Below, in pieces: positions 9,501-17,575 of a stretch of DNA of 39,659 nt; positions within the stretch are counted from its first letter, which is position 1; each line of letters opens with the position of its first letter. This stretch comes from a virus (Duplodnaviria > Caudoviricetes). The DNA is taken from positions 1 to 39,659 of IMG/VR virus record IMGVR_UViG_3300011336_000170; one strand, written 5' to 3'. The notes under the pieces were generated by a model. The model worked only from the letters and a program-made list of their open reading frames with translations. It ran no database searches and had not been told where the DNA came from. A program made the translations under genes and the position numbers.

Positions 9501-10263
9501 CTCTGGTGTGGTCATTATTTCCTACGCTGGCGCACAAAAGTTCACTGGCGGCACAGTTACCACTTCTGGTAGCAACACAATCCACACATTCACGACTTCT
9601 GGCGTGTTGACTTACAACCTTGGGACTGACTTCAGCCCACAGGGTAACAACTGGACAACCAACAACATCAGCACAACATCGGGTTCAACCTACGACAGCA
9701 TGACCGATGTGCCTACGTTGACCAGTGCTACGGCTGCGAACTATTGTGTTTTCAATCCTTTGGATGCAGACACATCTGCGCTTAGTGTTGCGTTGACAAA
9801 TGGAAATTTAACAGCCTCTGGCACAACCTATGCCGTTTCTCTTTACTCTTGCACATTCCAAGTGCCTACATCTGGCAAATGGTATTACGAGTTTGTTTAT
9901 TCCTCGCTAACATCAGTGGCGGTTGTAGGCATCCGTAGTTATGCAACTGGTTCAACTGACGTCCAGTATTTGTCAAATGGCAATAAAATTGTTGCTGGGG
10001 CTACTACAGCCTACGGTTCAACTTGGACAACTGGAGACACTATGGGTGTAGCGGTTAACCGTGACGCTGGAACCATCACTTTTTACAAAAACAACACCTC
10101 GCAAGGGGTAATCACTATTCCAACAAACACTGCTGCTTTTGACATGGCTTGGAACAGTTTGGCTCCTTACGGAACGGCGTCTGTCAGCGTGAACTTTGGT
10201 CAACAGCCTTGGACATATACCCCACCATCAGGCTTTGTTGCCATCAACACATTCAATATGTAA
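6586..10263 (+). CDS. Large glycine-rich / LamG (ConA-like) / SPRY receptor-binding or fibre protein (1225 aa)
   Basis: Three 'YLVVAGG…GGSGVVIISY…IHTF' Gly-rich modules; LamG motifs 'TWTYSTWVK', 'RDPSAWYHVV', 'IDGQAL'; SPRY motifs 'SGKWYYE', 'GDTMGVAV', 'VNFGQ'. Confidence 0.8.
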   Translation: MPRLSKIGAAALAAFGWTSGTSAVSASYLVVAGGAGGGKRIGAGGGAGGYRTGTASLNPTLSYTVTVGAGGAGSGVYSSIGSSGSDSVFNAITSTGGGGGDSSNPSKGGGSGGSGGGSADGGTVGSGNTPSTSPSQGNNGGVGSGNSPNYGSGGGGGASAVGGNGSATVAGNGGAGTASSISGSSVTYAGGGGGGSYGGTAGSGGAGGGGAGTTSDSTATAGTANLGGGGGGCGGISNSSGTTFGGQGGSGVVIISYAGAQQFSGGVVTSSGGNTIHTFTTSGTLGPVTPLSANYLVVAGGGSGGGGYFAGGGGAGGLLSGSSLTIDPYSTYLVTVGAGAAAVSGNSTNGLQGSNSAFSMVATAAVGGGYGAGYGGSGVVGGVGGSGGGTAANALATVAAGTSGQGNAGGQSSNNGGGGGGGAGSVGGNAGASFGIGGTGSASSISGASVTYAAGAAGGITGVGNGASGTANTGNGGAASSASGGTSGAGGSGVVIISYAGSTQLMAGGVVTIAGGNVIHTFNSSGYLTPLTLLTRSLRFRSSASAYLNRTPAGAGNRRTWTYSTWVKLGSLSTALNLLYAYSADTDSGLCQLSYQSNQLRIQGISASFIMVSTAVYRDPSAWYHVVYSVDTTQTTAANRVRVYVNGVEITAWSTNTPPPQNTDTAINNNVAHNIGRNTRNSNDYFDGYMTEINLIDGQALAPTAFGTFNSYGVWQPITYGGSYGTNGFYLPFSPTAPAGTPAVSASYLVVAGGAGGGQGGGGAGGLLSGTTSLPTTSSYAVTVGAGGAATTYVSGAGVNGINGSNSVFNALTSIGGGGGGAGQAGSYNGSSGGSGGGAGSTYSTANSGGAGTSGQGNAGGNATAGAVDYVTGGGGGAGAVGGSRSGNTSGSGGAGTASSISGSSVTYAGGGGGGSRTPQGTSPGSGGSGGGGAGSGTGTGTSGTANTGGGGGGACQSGGGNPANCTSGAGGSGVVIISYAGAQKFTGGTVTTSGSNTIHTFTTSGVLTYNLGTDFSPQGNNWTTNNISTTSGSTYDSMTDVPTLTSATAANYCVFNPLDADTSALSVALTNGNLTASGTTYAVSLYSCTFQVPTSGKWYYEFVYSSLTSVAVVGIRSYATGSTDVQYLSNGNKIVAGATTAYGSTWTTGDTMGVAVNRDAGTITFYKNNTSQGVITIPTNTAAFDMAWNSLAPYGTASVSVNFGQQPWTYTPPSGFVAINTFNM
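6655..9610 (+). repeat. Three imperfect ~0.7-0.8 kb intragenic copies of a Gly-rich domain (~6655-7440, ~7456-8170, ~8815-9610)
   Basis: 6661-6695 and 8821-8855 are identical at 33 of 35 nt; all three copies end with a GGxVTxxGxNxIHTF-type segment. Confidence 0.75.
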
Positions 10264-10272
10264 GGAAAAGAC

Positions 10273-11337
10273 ATGGCAACTACTTACGCAATTCCTGACG
10301 GTCGAGTGGCAATGGCGGCTACGACTTATACAGGCAATGGTGGGACACAGGCTGTGTCAAACGCAGCCAATGGTGTGTCAATGCAGCCCGACTTTGTTTG
10401 GGTTAAGTCACGCAGCAATGCATATAACCATCTTCTTTATGATTCAATCCGTGGAGCAGGAAAAGCGTTGATTTCCAACTCAACAAGCGCAGAGGGTGGA
10501 AATTCTGCAGATTTGCTCGGCTCATTTAACTCAAATGGTTTTTCTGTAAACAATACATTTGGCGGTGGCTCAGACCCTAGCACCAACGGCAACGCCTCAA
10601 CTTTTGTAGGCTGGCAATGGAAAGCAGGAGGCACTGCTGTCTCCAACACAGCAGGAAGCATCACATCATCTGTAAGTGCTAACACCACGGCAGGGTTTAG
10701 TGTGGTGACTTATACAGGGACAGGGGCTAACGCTACGGTGGGTCATGGTTTGGGTGTTGCGCCTAGCATGATTATTGTTAAAAATCGCAGTAGTGCAGCA
10801 ACTGCATGGCTTATAGGATTTACTTTTTCTGGTTTCAATTGGGGAACTGATTATTTTCAATTTGATACTAGCGCAAAACGAACAGACGGTGCGGGAACTG
10901 TTTTTACTACAACGCCGTCTTCAACAGTTTTTTCAATTGGCTCAAATGGAAGTATAAATGGCTCAACTGCAAACACGGTAGCCTACTGCTTCGCACCAGT
11001 AGCAGGGTATTCAGCCTTTGGCAGTTACACAGGCAATGGAAGTGCTAATGGGCCTTTTGTGTACCTTGGGTTTAGACCTAGATTCTTGATGATAAAAAGA
11101 AGCGATAGCACAGGTGATTGGCTCGTCTACGACACATCAAGAGACACCTACAATGTGATGCCATTTATTCTTTTGGCTAATAGTTCTGCCGCTGAAAGTA
11201 GTGGTAATTCCGTAGTTGATGCCCTGTCAAATGGATTTAAATTAAGAAATACTTTTCCTGACCATAACGCCTCTGGCGGCACATACATCTACATGGCCTT
11301 TGCCGAAAACCCTTTTAAATACGCTAACGCTCGCTAA
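10273..11337 (+). CDS. Virion fibre-associated protein, the domain usually found C-terminal to LamG/SPRY (354 aa)
   Basis: AAGGA RBS; 'QPDFVWVKSR', 'GFSVVTYTG', 'GHGLGVAP', 'GSYTGNG…GFRP', 'YIYMAFAENPF'. Confidence 0.8.
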   Translation: MATTYAIPDGRVAMAATTYTGNGGTQAVSNAANGVSMQPDFVWVKSRSNAYNHLLYDSIRGAGKALISNSTSAEGGNSADLLGSFNSNGFSVNNTFGGGSDPSTNGNASTFVGWQWKAGGTAVSNTAGSITSSVSANTTAGFSVVTYTGTGANATVGHGLGVAPSMIIVKNRSSAATAWLIGFTFSGFNWGTDYFQFDTSAKRTDGAGTVFTTTPSSTVFSIGSNGSINGSTANTVAYCFAPVAGYSAFGSYTGNGSANGPFVYLGFRPRFLMIKRSDSTGDWLVYDTSRDTYNVMPFILLANSSAAESSGNSVVDALSNGFKLRNTFPDHNASGGTYIYMAFAENPFKYANAR

Positions 11338-11346
11338 GGAGAAATC

Positions 11347-11871
11347 ATGAGTCATTTTGCAAAAGTAGAAAACGGTCTAGTAACCCAAGTGGTTGTAGCC
11401 GAGCAGGAATTCATCGACACAGGTGCGCTTGGTCACGGATGGGTTCAAACCTCGTACAACACCATTGGCGGCGTACACACCCAAGGCGGCACTCCACTGC
11501 GGGGCAACTACGCTGGTGTAGGCTTTACCTATGACGCTACCAATGACGTGTTCTACGCACCCCAACCCTTTGACAACTGGGTAATGAATTCATCGTGGCT
11601 ATGGGTTCCCCCAGTTGCTATGCCTGTTGACGAATACTTCTACACATGGAACCAAGAGACAGCCGCATGGGTGCAAGGCGACCTACGCCCAATCCCTGAG
11701 CCAATCCCTGAGCCAATCCCTGAGCCAATCCCTGAGCCAATCCCTGAGCCAATCCCTGAACCTGTGGTTGAGCCAGTGGTAGAACCCGTGGTTGAAGCGG
11801 TAGTTGAGCCTGTGGTAGAACCCGTTGTGGAGCCTGAAGTAGTGGTTGAGACTCCAAAGGTAGAGGAATAA
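11347..11871 (+). CDS. Phage fibre-associated/chaperone-like protein with Pro/Glu repeat tail (174 aa)
   Basis: AAGGAG RBS; 'MSHFAKV…WVQTSYN…RGNYAGVG..YD…W.PP..P' domain followed by (PIPE)6(PVVE)~6. Confidence 0.8.
   Translation: MSHFAKVENGLVTQVVVAEQEFIDTGALGHGWVQTSYNTIGGVHTQGGTPLRGNYAGVGFTYDATNDVFYAPQPFDNWVMNSSWLWVPPVAMPVDEYFYTWNQETAAWVQGDLRPIPEPIPEPIPEPIPEPIPEPIPEPVVEPVVEPVVEAVVEPVVEPVVEPEVVVETPKVEE
11689..11832 (+). repeat. 12-bp coding tandem repeat
   Basis: CCAATCCCTGAG x5 plus CCAATCCCTGAA (11689-11760), then six degenerate 12-mers coding P/A-V-V-E (11761-11832). Confidence 0.95.
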
Positions 11872-12092
11872 TGGAATATCAGATATTTTTTAATGCTGCC
11901 GTAGGCTTGGCGGCTTTCTTTGGCGGCTGGGTGCTTAACAACATCACAAAGGCCATTGAGCGCCTCGATACCGATGTTCGTAATATGCCGCATGACTACG
12001 TCAGCAAAGACGACTATCGAACCGACATCAAAGAAATTAAAGATATGCTCGGTAAGATTTTTGACAAGCTCGACACAAAAGTGGACAAGTGA
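11871..12092 (+). CDS. Small membrane-anchored coiled-coil protein, lysis-region (73 aa)
   Basis: GAGG RBS, TAATG coupling; one N-terminal hydrophobic helix then a charged coiled coil. Confidence 0.75.
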   Translation: MEYQIFFNAAVGLAAFFGGWVLNNITKAIERLDTDVRNMPHDYVSKDDYRTDIKEIKDMLGKIFDKLDTKVDK

Positions 12093-12262
12093 TTGATGCG
12101 ATTGCTTCCGTTCAGCAGCCGTGGCCCAACACCGAGACAAGAATTGTGTTGGTGTGCCGTGTCGTCTTGCCGAGCGAAAAGTATGGCTCAAATGAGTTTT
12201 TAGACAAAGACGGGAGGGTTTGCCGTTGGGTTCTGGAGGTCAAGAATGATCGACCCAATTAG
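12089..12262 (+). CDS. Small hypothetical protein (57 aa, two Cys), missing from the ORF track
   Basis: GTG overlapping the upstream TGA (GTGA); MIDAIASVQQPWPNTETRIVLVCRVVLPSEKYGSNEFLDKDGRVCRWVLEVKNDRPN*; fills the gap between its neighbours. Confidence 0.6.
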   Translation: MIDAIASVQQPWPNTETRIVLVCRVVLPSEKYGSNEFLDKDGRVCRWVLEVKNDRPN

Positions 12263-12719
12263 TGCGTTTGCAATAGCCCAAGGAGCCATTAAAGGTATCC
12301 AGGCTGCAATCAAGATGGGCAAGGATGTCCAAGGCATCACAAGCGATGTGATGAAGTTCTTTGATGCAAAGGACGTTGTTGCAAAAGAGGCGATTAAGGA
12401 CCCAAAGAAAAAGTACAGTTCCGCCGCCAGTCAGGCAATGAGTACGGTCATGCAGTTGCATGAACTCAATAAAGCCGAGGAAGAACTGAAGTGGCACTTT
12501 ATCAACCAAGGGCAGTCGGCGCTTTGGGGACAGATTGTACAGGAGCGCAACAGCATAGTGCAGCGCAGGAAGACGCAAGAGATACTAGACGCCAAGGCGG
12601 CAAAGAACCGCAAGGCCGAGATAGACGAAGTGATAACGATGGCTTTATGTGTTTTGGTAGCCGCGGCTATATTCATGCTGGTAGCGTGGGGCGTAATTGA
12701 AATGAAAGGGAAATTTTAA
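12246..12719 (+). CDS. Membrane protein with C-terminal TM helix, lysis-region (157 aa)
   Basis: GGAGG RBS; 'MIDPISAFAIA' N-terminus, coiled coil, hydrophobic C-terminal helix. Confidence 0.75.
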   Translation: MIDPISAFAIAQGAIKGIQAAIKMGKDVQGITSDVMKFFDAKDVVAKEAIKDPKKKYSSAASQAMSTVMQLHELNKAEEELKWHFINQGQSALWGQIVQERNSIVQRRKTQEILDAKAAKNRKAEIDEVITMALCVLVAAAIFMLVAWGVIEMKGKF

Positions 12720-13129
12720 TGTTTGACATCACCGGACTACTAGCAGTCGGCGGCAAGTTAATCGACAAGCTGATCCCTGACCCCGAAGCCAAGGCCAAAG
12801 CACAATTGGAACTTGCCACGCTTGCCCAAAATGGTGAACTGGCTAAGATGGCAAACGAAACCGAAATCTACAAGACGGAACAAAACAATGTCACGGAGCG
12901 TTGGGCGGCAGACGCAAATACTGATAGCTGGCTTGCTAAAAATATCCGTCCTCTTAGTCTTGTTGCTATCTTTGTTGGGTATTTTCTGTTTGCGCTTATG
13001 TCAGCTTTTGGTTACGACGCAAAAGAATCGTATGTCCAATTGCTCGGACAATGGGGGATGCTCATCATGTCCGCGTATTTTGGCGGCAAAACGCTTGAGA
13101 ACATCATGGAGATGAGGACTAAGAAATGA
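12719..13129 (+). CDS. Holin (3TM / GTA-holin-like, 136 aa)
   Basis: 'GGKLIDKLIPDP..KAKAQL', 'DSWLAKNIRP', TM helices, 'YFGGKTLE'; adjacent to the endolysin. Confidence 0.75.
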   Translation: MFDITGLLAVGGKLIDKLIPDPEAKAKAQLELATLAQNGELAKMANETEIYKTEQNNVTERWAADANTDSWLAKNIRPLSLVAIFVGYFLFALMSAFGYDAKESYVQLLGQWGMLIMSAYFGGKTLENIMEMRTKK

Positions 13130-13560
13130 ACCTCTCACCCCACTTCACCCTTGCCGAGTTAACCGTCACCGACCACCGTGAGTTTGACAACAGCCCAACC
13201 CAAGAGGAAATCAGCAACCTGCAACGCTTGGCGCAACTGCTGGAACAGGTCAAAGAAGCCATCGGCGGTAAGCCAGTGATGATTAACTCGGCCTTCCGCT
13301 GCAAGCAGGTCAATGATGCCGTGGGGAGCAAAGACTCTAGCCAGCACCGTCGAGGCTGCGCGGCTGACTTTCGCGTGCCAGCAATGACCCCTGACGAGGT
13401 AGTCCGCGCGGTCATTGCCGCAGGTCTACCCTTCGACCAGATCATCCGCGAGTACGACCGCTGGACGCATATCAGCATCCCCAACACAGAAAGTGCAGAA
13501 CCCCGAGGCCATGCGCTTATAATCGACAAGGAAACCCCTCGAGGTAGGCCTTTTGCATAA
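13126..13560 (+). CDS. Endolysin, peptidase M15A family (144 aa)
   Basis: 'LSPHFTLAEL', 'INSAFRC…N..VG', Zn ligands in 'SQHRRGCAAD' and 'WTHIS'. Confidence 0.9.
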   Translation: MNLSPHFTLAELTVTDHREFDNSPTQEEISNLQRLAQLLEQVKEAIGGKPVMINSAFRCKQVNDAVGSKDSSQHRRGCAADFRVPAMTPDEVVRAVIAAGLPFDQIIREYDRWTHISIPNTESAEPRGHALIIDKETPRGRPFA

Positions 13561-13569
13561 GGAAGAATA

Positions 13570-14223
13570 ATGCCACAAGCAATGACCTTTACGTCGCTGC
13601 AAAACGACGTCCGCAGCTACCTGGAACGTGGGGCCTCTGTCGTCACGGACCCATTGGTCTATGCTCAGATCCCAAGTCTGATCAACTTTGCAGAACGGCG
13701 CATCAGCCGCGACCTGAAAATTCAGGGCTTTCAGGTGGCCGTCGTGACAAACCTGCAAGCCGGAGTTGCCGTCCTTGCCAAGCCAGACCGCTGGCGCGAG
13801 ACTATCTCTATGAACATTGGAACCAGTACCGGCAATAATACGCGCGTCCAGCTGTTCTCAAGGGCTTATGAGTATATTAGAAGCTACTGGCCCAACGATA
13901 CTTTGACAGAAGAGCCGGTGTTCTACGCTGACTACAACTACACCAATTGGATCATTGCCCCAACGCCTGATTCTGCCTATCCAATTGAGATCTTGTACTA
14001 CGAGTTGCCGGTTTTGTTAGACGACAACACGCAGACCAACTGGCTGACACAATACGCCCCCAACTTGCTGTTGTATGCAACCCTGTTGGAAGCCACTCCA
14101 TTCTTGAAAAACGACGAACGAATCCCAGTCTGGCAAGCCATGTACCAATCAGCCGCGCAAGCATTGCAAGGCGAAGACATGAGCAAGATCTTAGACCGCG
14201 GTGCCGTGAGAAACGAGGCCTAA
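13570..14223 (+). CDS. Adaptor / tail tubular protein A-like (217 aa)
   Basis: 'IPSLINFAERRISR', 'APTPDSAY..EILYY', 'NWL…APNLLLYATL' typical of podovirus adaptors. Confidence 0.75.
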   Translation: MPQAMTFTSLQNDVRSYLERGASVVTDPLVYAQIPSLINFAERRISRDLKIQGFQVAVVTNLQAGVAVLAKPDRWRETISMNIGTSTGNNTRVQLFSRAYEYIRSYWPNDTLTEEPVFYADYNYTNWIIAPTPDSAYPIEILYYELPVLLDDNTQTNWLTQYAPNLLLYATLLEATPFLKNDERIPVWQAMYQSAAQALQGEDMSKILDRGAVRNEA

Positions 14224-14224
14224 T

Positions 14225-15415
14225 ATGACCACCTACACCAACATCTTTGGCGGCAGCAACATCTCTCCTGCAGAGATTAGCTACGCCACCGTCAGCCTGA
14301 CGGCCAATACAACTTTTGACTGGGCTCTTGAAACAGCCCCTTCGACAAACTTGATTGCTGGCATCATGGATGTCACGGCCACTGCGGGTCCTTGGAGCCT
14401 GACCTTGCCCAGTGCCCTGGAGGCATCAACTGGGCAAGCCATCCTGTTTAACAACGTTGGGGCCAATTCCTTTATCATTCGGAATGCGGCCGGGACGCAA
14501 GTAGCCGCACCTGCCGCCGGCCAAGTATGGCAGATCTACCTGACTGACAACACGACAGCAGGCGGTACCTGGCTTGCATTCCAGTTTGGCGCGTCCATCT
14601 CGGCAGCAAATGCGGCTTCCTTGGCCGGGACTGGCTTAGTCGCCATTGGTTCTCTCTTGTCCCTGGCCATGCCAGTCACGTTTTTTGGAACCAGCTACAC
14701 GGCCGGTATCGACGACCGGGCTAAGACATTTATATGGAATGGAGGAGCTGGTACTCTTACTAGCGCGGCCGCCGGAACCCTTGGAAACAACTGGTTTATC
14801 CAGCTTCGCAACGAAGGCACTGGAGCGCTTTTGGTAGACCCTCCGGGTTCTCAGACCATTAACGGGTCGTCTACCCTAAGCTTTCAGCCTGGTGATTCTG
14901 CCATTATCTTTACGGATGGCAGCAACTTTTATACCTTAGGGTATGGCCAATCGCCTGTCTTTGCGTTTGACTATACCTCTATTAGCGTGGCTGGAACAGG
15001 CAATTACGTCTTGTCAGGCAGTGAATTAAACCGCATTGCCTACAACTTTACAGGGGCCTTGACGGGCAACCGCGCGGTCATTGTGCCTCAAACTGTCCAG
15101 CAATACTGGGTGACCAACAGCACGACAGGTCCATATACGCTAACCATCAAGACCTCTATTGCTGCAGGTACGGCCATCAATCAAGGCTCTCGGGCTATCT
15201 TGTATTCCGATGGCAGCAATGTAGTGGCCGCAGATACTGGCGGCGTGGCCGTGCCTATCAACATCTCTGACGGTGGTACTGGAGCGACCACAGCAGGAAA
15301 TGCCTTGATTAACTTAGGCGGTACGGCAACGGGCATAGCTCTTTTTACAGCGGTATCTCAGGCCACTGCTCAGGTGGCCATCGGACTTGATCCAATTCAA
15401 GGCGGAACCTACTGA
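14225..15415 (+). CDS. Tail/fibre structural protein (396 aa)
   Basis: Three repeated beta modules ('TLPSA…N', 'DGSNF', 'DGSNV'), 'GGTGATTA…INLG'; ends in GGTY. Confidence 0.75.
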   Translation: MTTYTNIFGGSNISPAEISYATVSLTANTTFDWALETAPSTNLIAGIMDVTATAGPWSLTLPSALEASTGQAILFNNVGANSFIIRNAAGTQVAAPAAGQVWQIYLTDNTTAGGTWLAFQFGASISAANAASLAGTGLVAIGSLLSLAMPVTFFGTSYTAGIDDRAKTFIWNGGAGTLTSAAAGTLGNNWFIQLRNEGTGALLVDPPGSQTINGSSTLSFQPGDSAIIFTDGSNFYTLGYGQSPVFAFDYTSISVAGTGNYVLSGSELNRIAYNFTGALTGNRAVIVPQTVQQYWVTNSTTGPYTLTIKTSIAAGTAINQGSRAILYSDGSNVVAADTGGVAVPINISDGGTGATTAGNALINLGGTATGIALFTAVSQATAQVAIGLDPIQGGTY

Positions 15416-17061
15416 TGGCAACAACTCCAATCGTCCTTAAGTCGCTGCCTGGCATCAAGCGCGACGGCACCAGGTACGAGGGTGACTACTACGTTGACGG
15501 GCAGTGGGTCCGTTGGCAACGTGGCCTTCCTCGTAAGGTTGGAGGATATACAGTCATTAACCGCTACCTGACTGAAGTCAGTCGCGGAGTTAAGACGTTC
15601 ACAGAGAACGGATTGACCTACTTTCATTCTGGCAGTGCCAGCTTTGTTGAGCGTTTTACCATTGACGGCAGCGGCAACACGAGCCTGATTGCAGATCGTA
15701 CGCCAATAACGTATATGGTCGACGGCGATAATCTTTGGCAGTTTGACGTCATCTATGACGGTCAATCTATCCCTGCTGCCAACATGATCGTGGCACAAGT
15801 GGCCCCAAATGCGGGCTGTCTTTGCAATACTGACGGAGGCCAGATCTTTATTGGTTCGATGACGGGCACCGATCGCCTGACTGAAGTTACGACGTTTCCG
15901 GCTGGAGTAAGCGCTACTGGCGGAGTGGTTTCCTTGCATCCCTACCTGATGTACTTTGGAAACGACGGTGTAATCGGATGGTCAGTAGCAGGTGCTCCTA
16001 CAGACTTGACAGGTGCAGGTTCAGGGAATGCTCGCGTAGCGGGTCAAAAGATTGTCCGCGGCCTTGCTCTTAGGGGCGGTCCAGGCAATGCTCCCTCAGG
16101 CCTCTTTTGGAGCGCAGATGCGGTGATTCGCGGTTCGTTTGTCGGAGGCACCGAAGTCTTTCAGTTTGACACGATCAGCCCGTATTCCAGCATCTTGTCT
16201 GCGGCTTGTGTCATTGAGTATGACGGCCAATACTTCTGGTTGGGAACCGACCGCATGCTGATGTTTAACGGTGTGGTTCGTGAGATCCCCAACAACCTAA
16301 ACATCAACTACTTCTATGATGGCCTAAACAGGGCGGCTGCTCAACGGGTATGGGCCTTCAAGGTCCCTCGCTACGGTGAGATCTGGTGGTGTTATCCGCG
16401 TGGAGACGCAACTGAATGCACACACGCCATCATCTACAACGTCCGTGAGAACACCTGGTATGACACTGAGCTACCTAATGGTGGACGGACCGCTGGGGAG
16501 TGGTCTCCTTTGTACGCTGCACCATTTCTATGCGGCCTACAACCGTCTACTTTCGTGTCAAATAACCGAATTACAGAAGCCGGAGACCTTCGGATCACGC
16601 AAGACGATAATCAACGTGTTGTGGTCCCTGAGGAAGGCTACAAGGTCTGGCAGCACGAGCACGACGTCAACGAGATTGACGGCCAGTTTATCACGGCGGT
16701 TCCTTCATTCTTTGAGACAGCGGACATGAGCATGCTTGTCCCCCAAGGCGGATCTAAAAATAAGTGGATTCGGGTTGAAGCCATTGAGCCTGACTTTATA
16801 CAGTCTGAAAACATGACTGTCCAGCTGACAGGGCGAGCCAATGCCAAGGCTCTTGAGGTCCAGGGCCCAGAACGTGTAATCTACGCCACTCCAACAGACC
16901 CTTACGAGCAGATTGTTTGGTTCAAAGAAGAACGCCGCGAACTGCGGTTTAAGTTTACCTCCAACACTATCAATGGCGACTATCAAATGGGCCAGATCAT
17001 CGCGCATGTGGGCGAGGCCGATGGTTCTATGCTCGGTGGTGTTGCAGGGGGTTCCACGTGA
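15415..17061 (+). CDS. Tail tubular protein B / DNA stabilisation (P22 gp10-like nozzle) protein (548 aa)
   Basis: 'PGIKRDGT…WVRWQRGLPRKVGG', 'EIWWCYP…C…IYNVRENTW'; beta-propeller-like; position after the adaptor. Confidence 0.75.
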   Translation: MATTPIVLKSLPGIKRDGTRYEGDYYVDGQWVRWQRGLPRKVGGYTVINRYLTEVSRGVKTFTENGLTYFHSGSASFVERFTIDGSGNTSLIADRTPITYMVDGDNLWQFDVIYDGQSIPAANMIVAQVAPNAGCLCNTDGGQIFIGSMTGTDRLTEVTTFPAGVSATGGVVSLHPYLMYFGNDGVIGWSVAGAPTDLTGAGSGNARVAGQKIVRGLALRGGPGNAPSGLFWSADAVIRGSFVGGTEVFQFDTISPYSSILSAACVIEYDGQYFWLGTDRMLMFNGVVREIPNNLNINYFYDGLNRAAAQRVWAFKVPRYGEIWWCYPRGDATECTHAIIYNVRENTWYDTELPNGGRTAGEWSPLYAAPFLCGLQPSTFVSNNRITEAGDLRITQDDNQRVVVPEEGYKVWQHEHDVNEIDGQFITAVPSFFETADMSMLVPQGGSKNKWIRVEAIEPDFIQSENMTVQLTGRANAKALEVQGPERVIYATPTDPYEQIVWFKEERRELRFKFTSNTINGDYQMGQIIAHVGEADGSMLGGVAGGST

Positions 17062-17285
17062 TCACGCAACCTGTTATAATCGGATTGCGCGACTGGGCCG
17101 ATCAGATCGTTATGGATCTGTCAACCTACGGCGCACTCATGAGGCTGGACGATGAGGACAAGTGGCAAGAATGGGCACTACAGTTCTGCGTTATCTCAGG
17201 ACTAAGCCAAAAAAACGTTCCTGATCCATTTGGTTTCACTGACTGGCGTAGTTGGGCGCAACGATTTGTACAGATGGTGGACTAA
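17058..17285 (+). CDS. Trp-rich hypothetical protein (75 aa)
   Basis: GTGA overlap upstream and TAATG overlap downstream; W-x-x-W-A repeats. Confidence 0.7.
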   Translation: MITQPVIIGLRDWADQIVMDLSTYGALMRLDDEDKWQEWALQFCVISGLSQKNVPDPFGFTDWRSWAQRFVQMVD

Positions 17286-17575
17286 TGACCGATCAAGAAT
17301 TTATCGTGCTGCTGAATGAGGTAGCCAAGAAAGCCAGGCCATTTAACAGCGAGCTTCGAAGCATTGACTCCATGGAGATGATCCTTAAAGAGACTGGCTT
17401 AGACAGTCTTGACATGCTCATGTGCGTAGTCTATCTTTGCGAAATCTACGATGTAGAGGACGAAAAAAGCAAAGAAATGCTTGGCGAGACCCCGCAAGAT
17501 CTTTTCAACTTCCTGAAGGAATGGGGACGCAGACAACCTGCAGACCTAGACCAAGCCCGGGAGTGGTTCGTATGA
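17285..17575 (+). CDS. Acyl carrier protein (96 aa)
   Basis: Small acidic helical protein with GLDSLD phosphopantetheinylation motif (Ser codon 17405-17407); ATG 17285 overlaps the upstream TAA; directly upstream of a ketosynthase. Confidence 0.85.
   Translation: MTDQEFIVLLNEVAKKARPFNSELRSIDSMEMILKETGLDSLDMLMCVVYLCEIYDVEDEKSKEMLGETPQDLFNFLKEWGRRQPADLDQAREWFV

Noticed and set aside
6655-9610. Gly-rich repeats as a diversity-generating retroelement TR/VR pair
   Set aside because: All copies are coding, differences are not adenine-specific and no reverse transcriptase is present.
11689-11832. Tandem repeat as a CRISPR array
   Set aside because: 12-bp units with no spacers, in frame within a gene; no cas genes.
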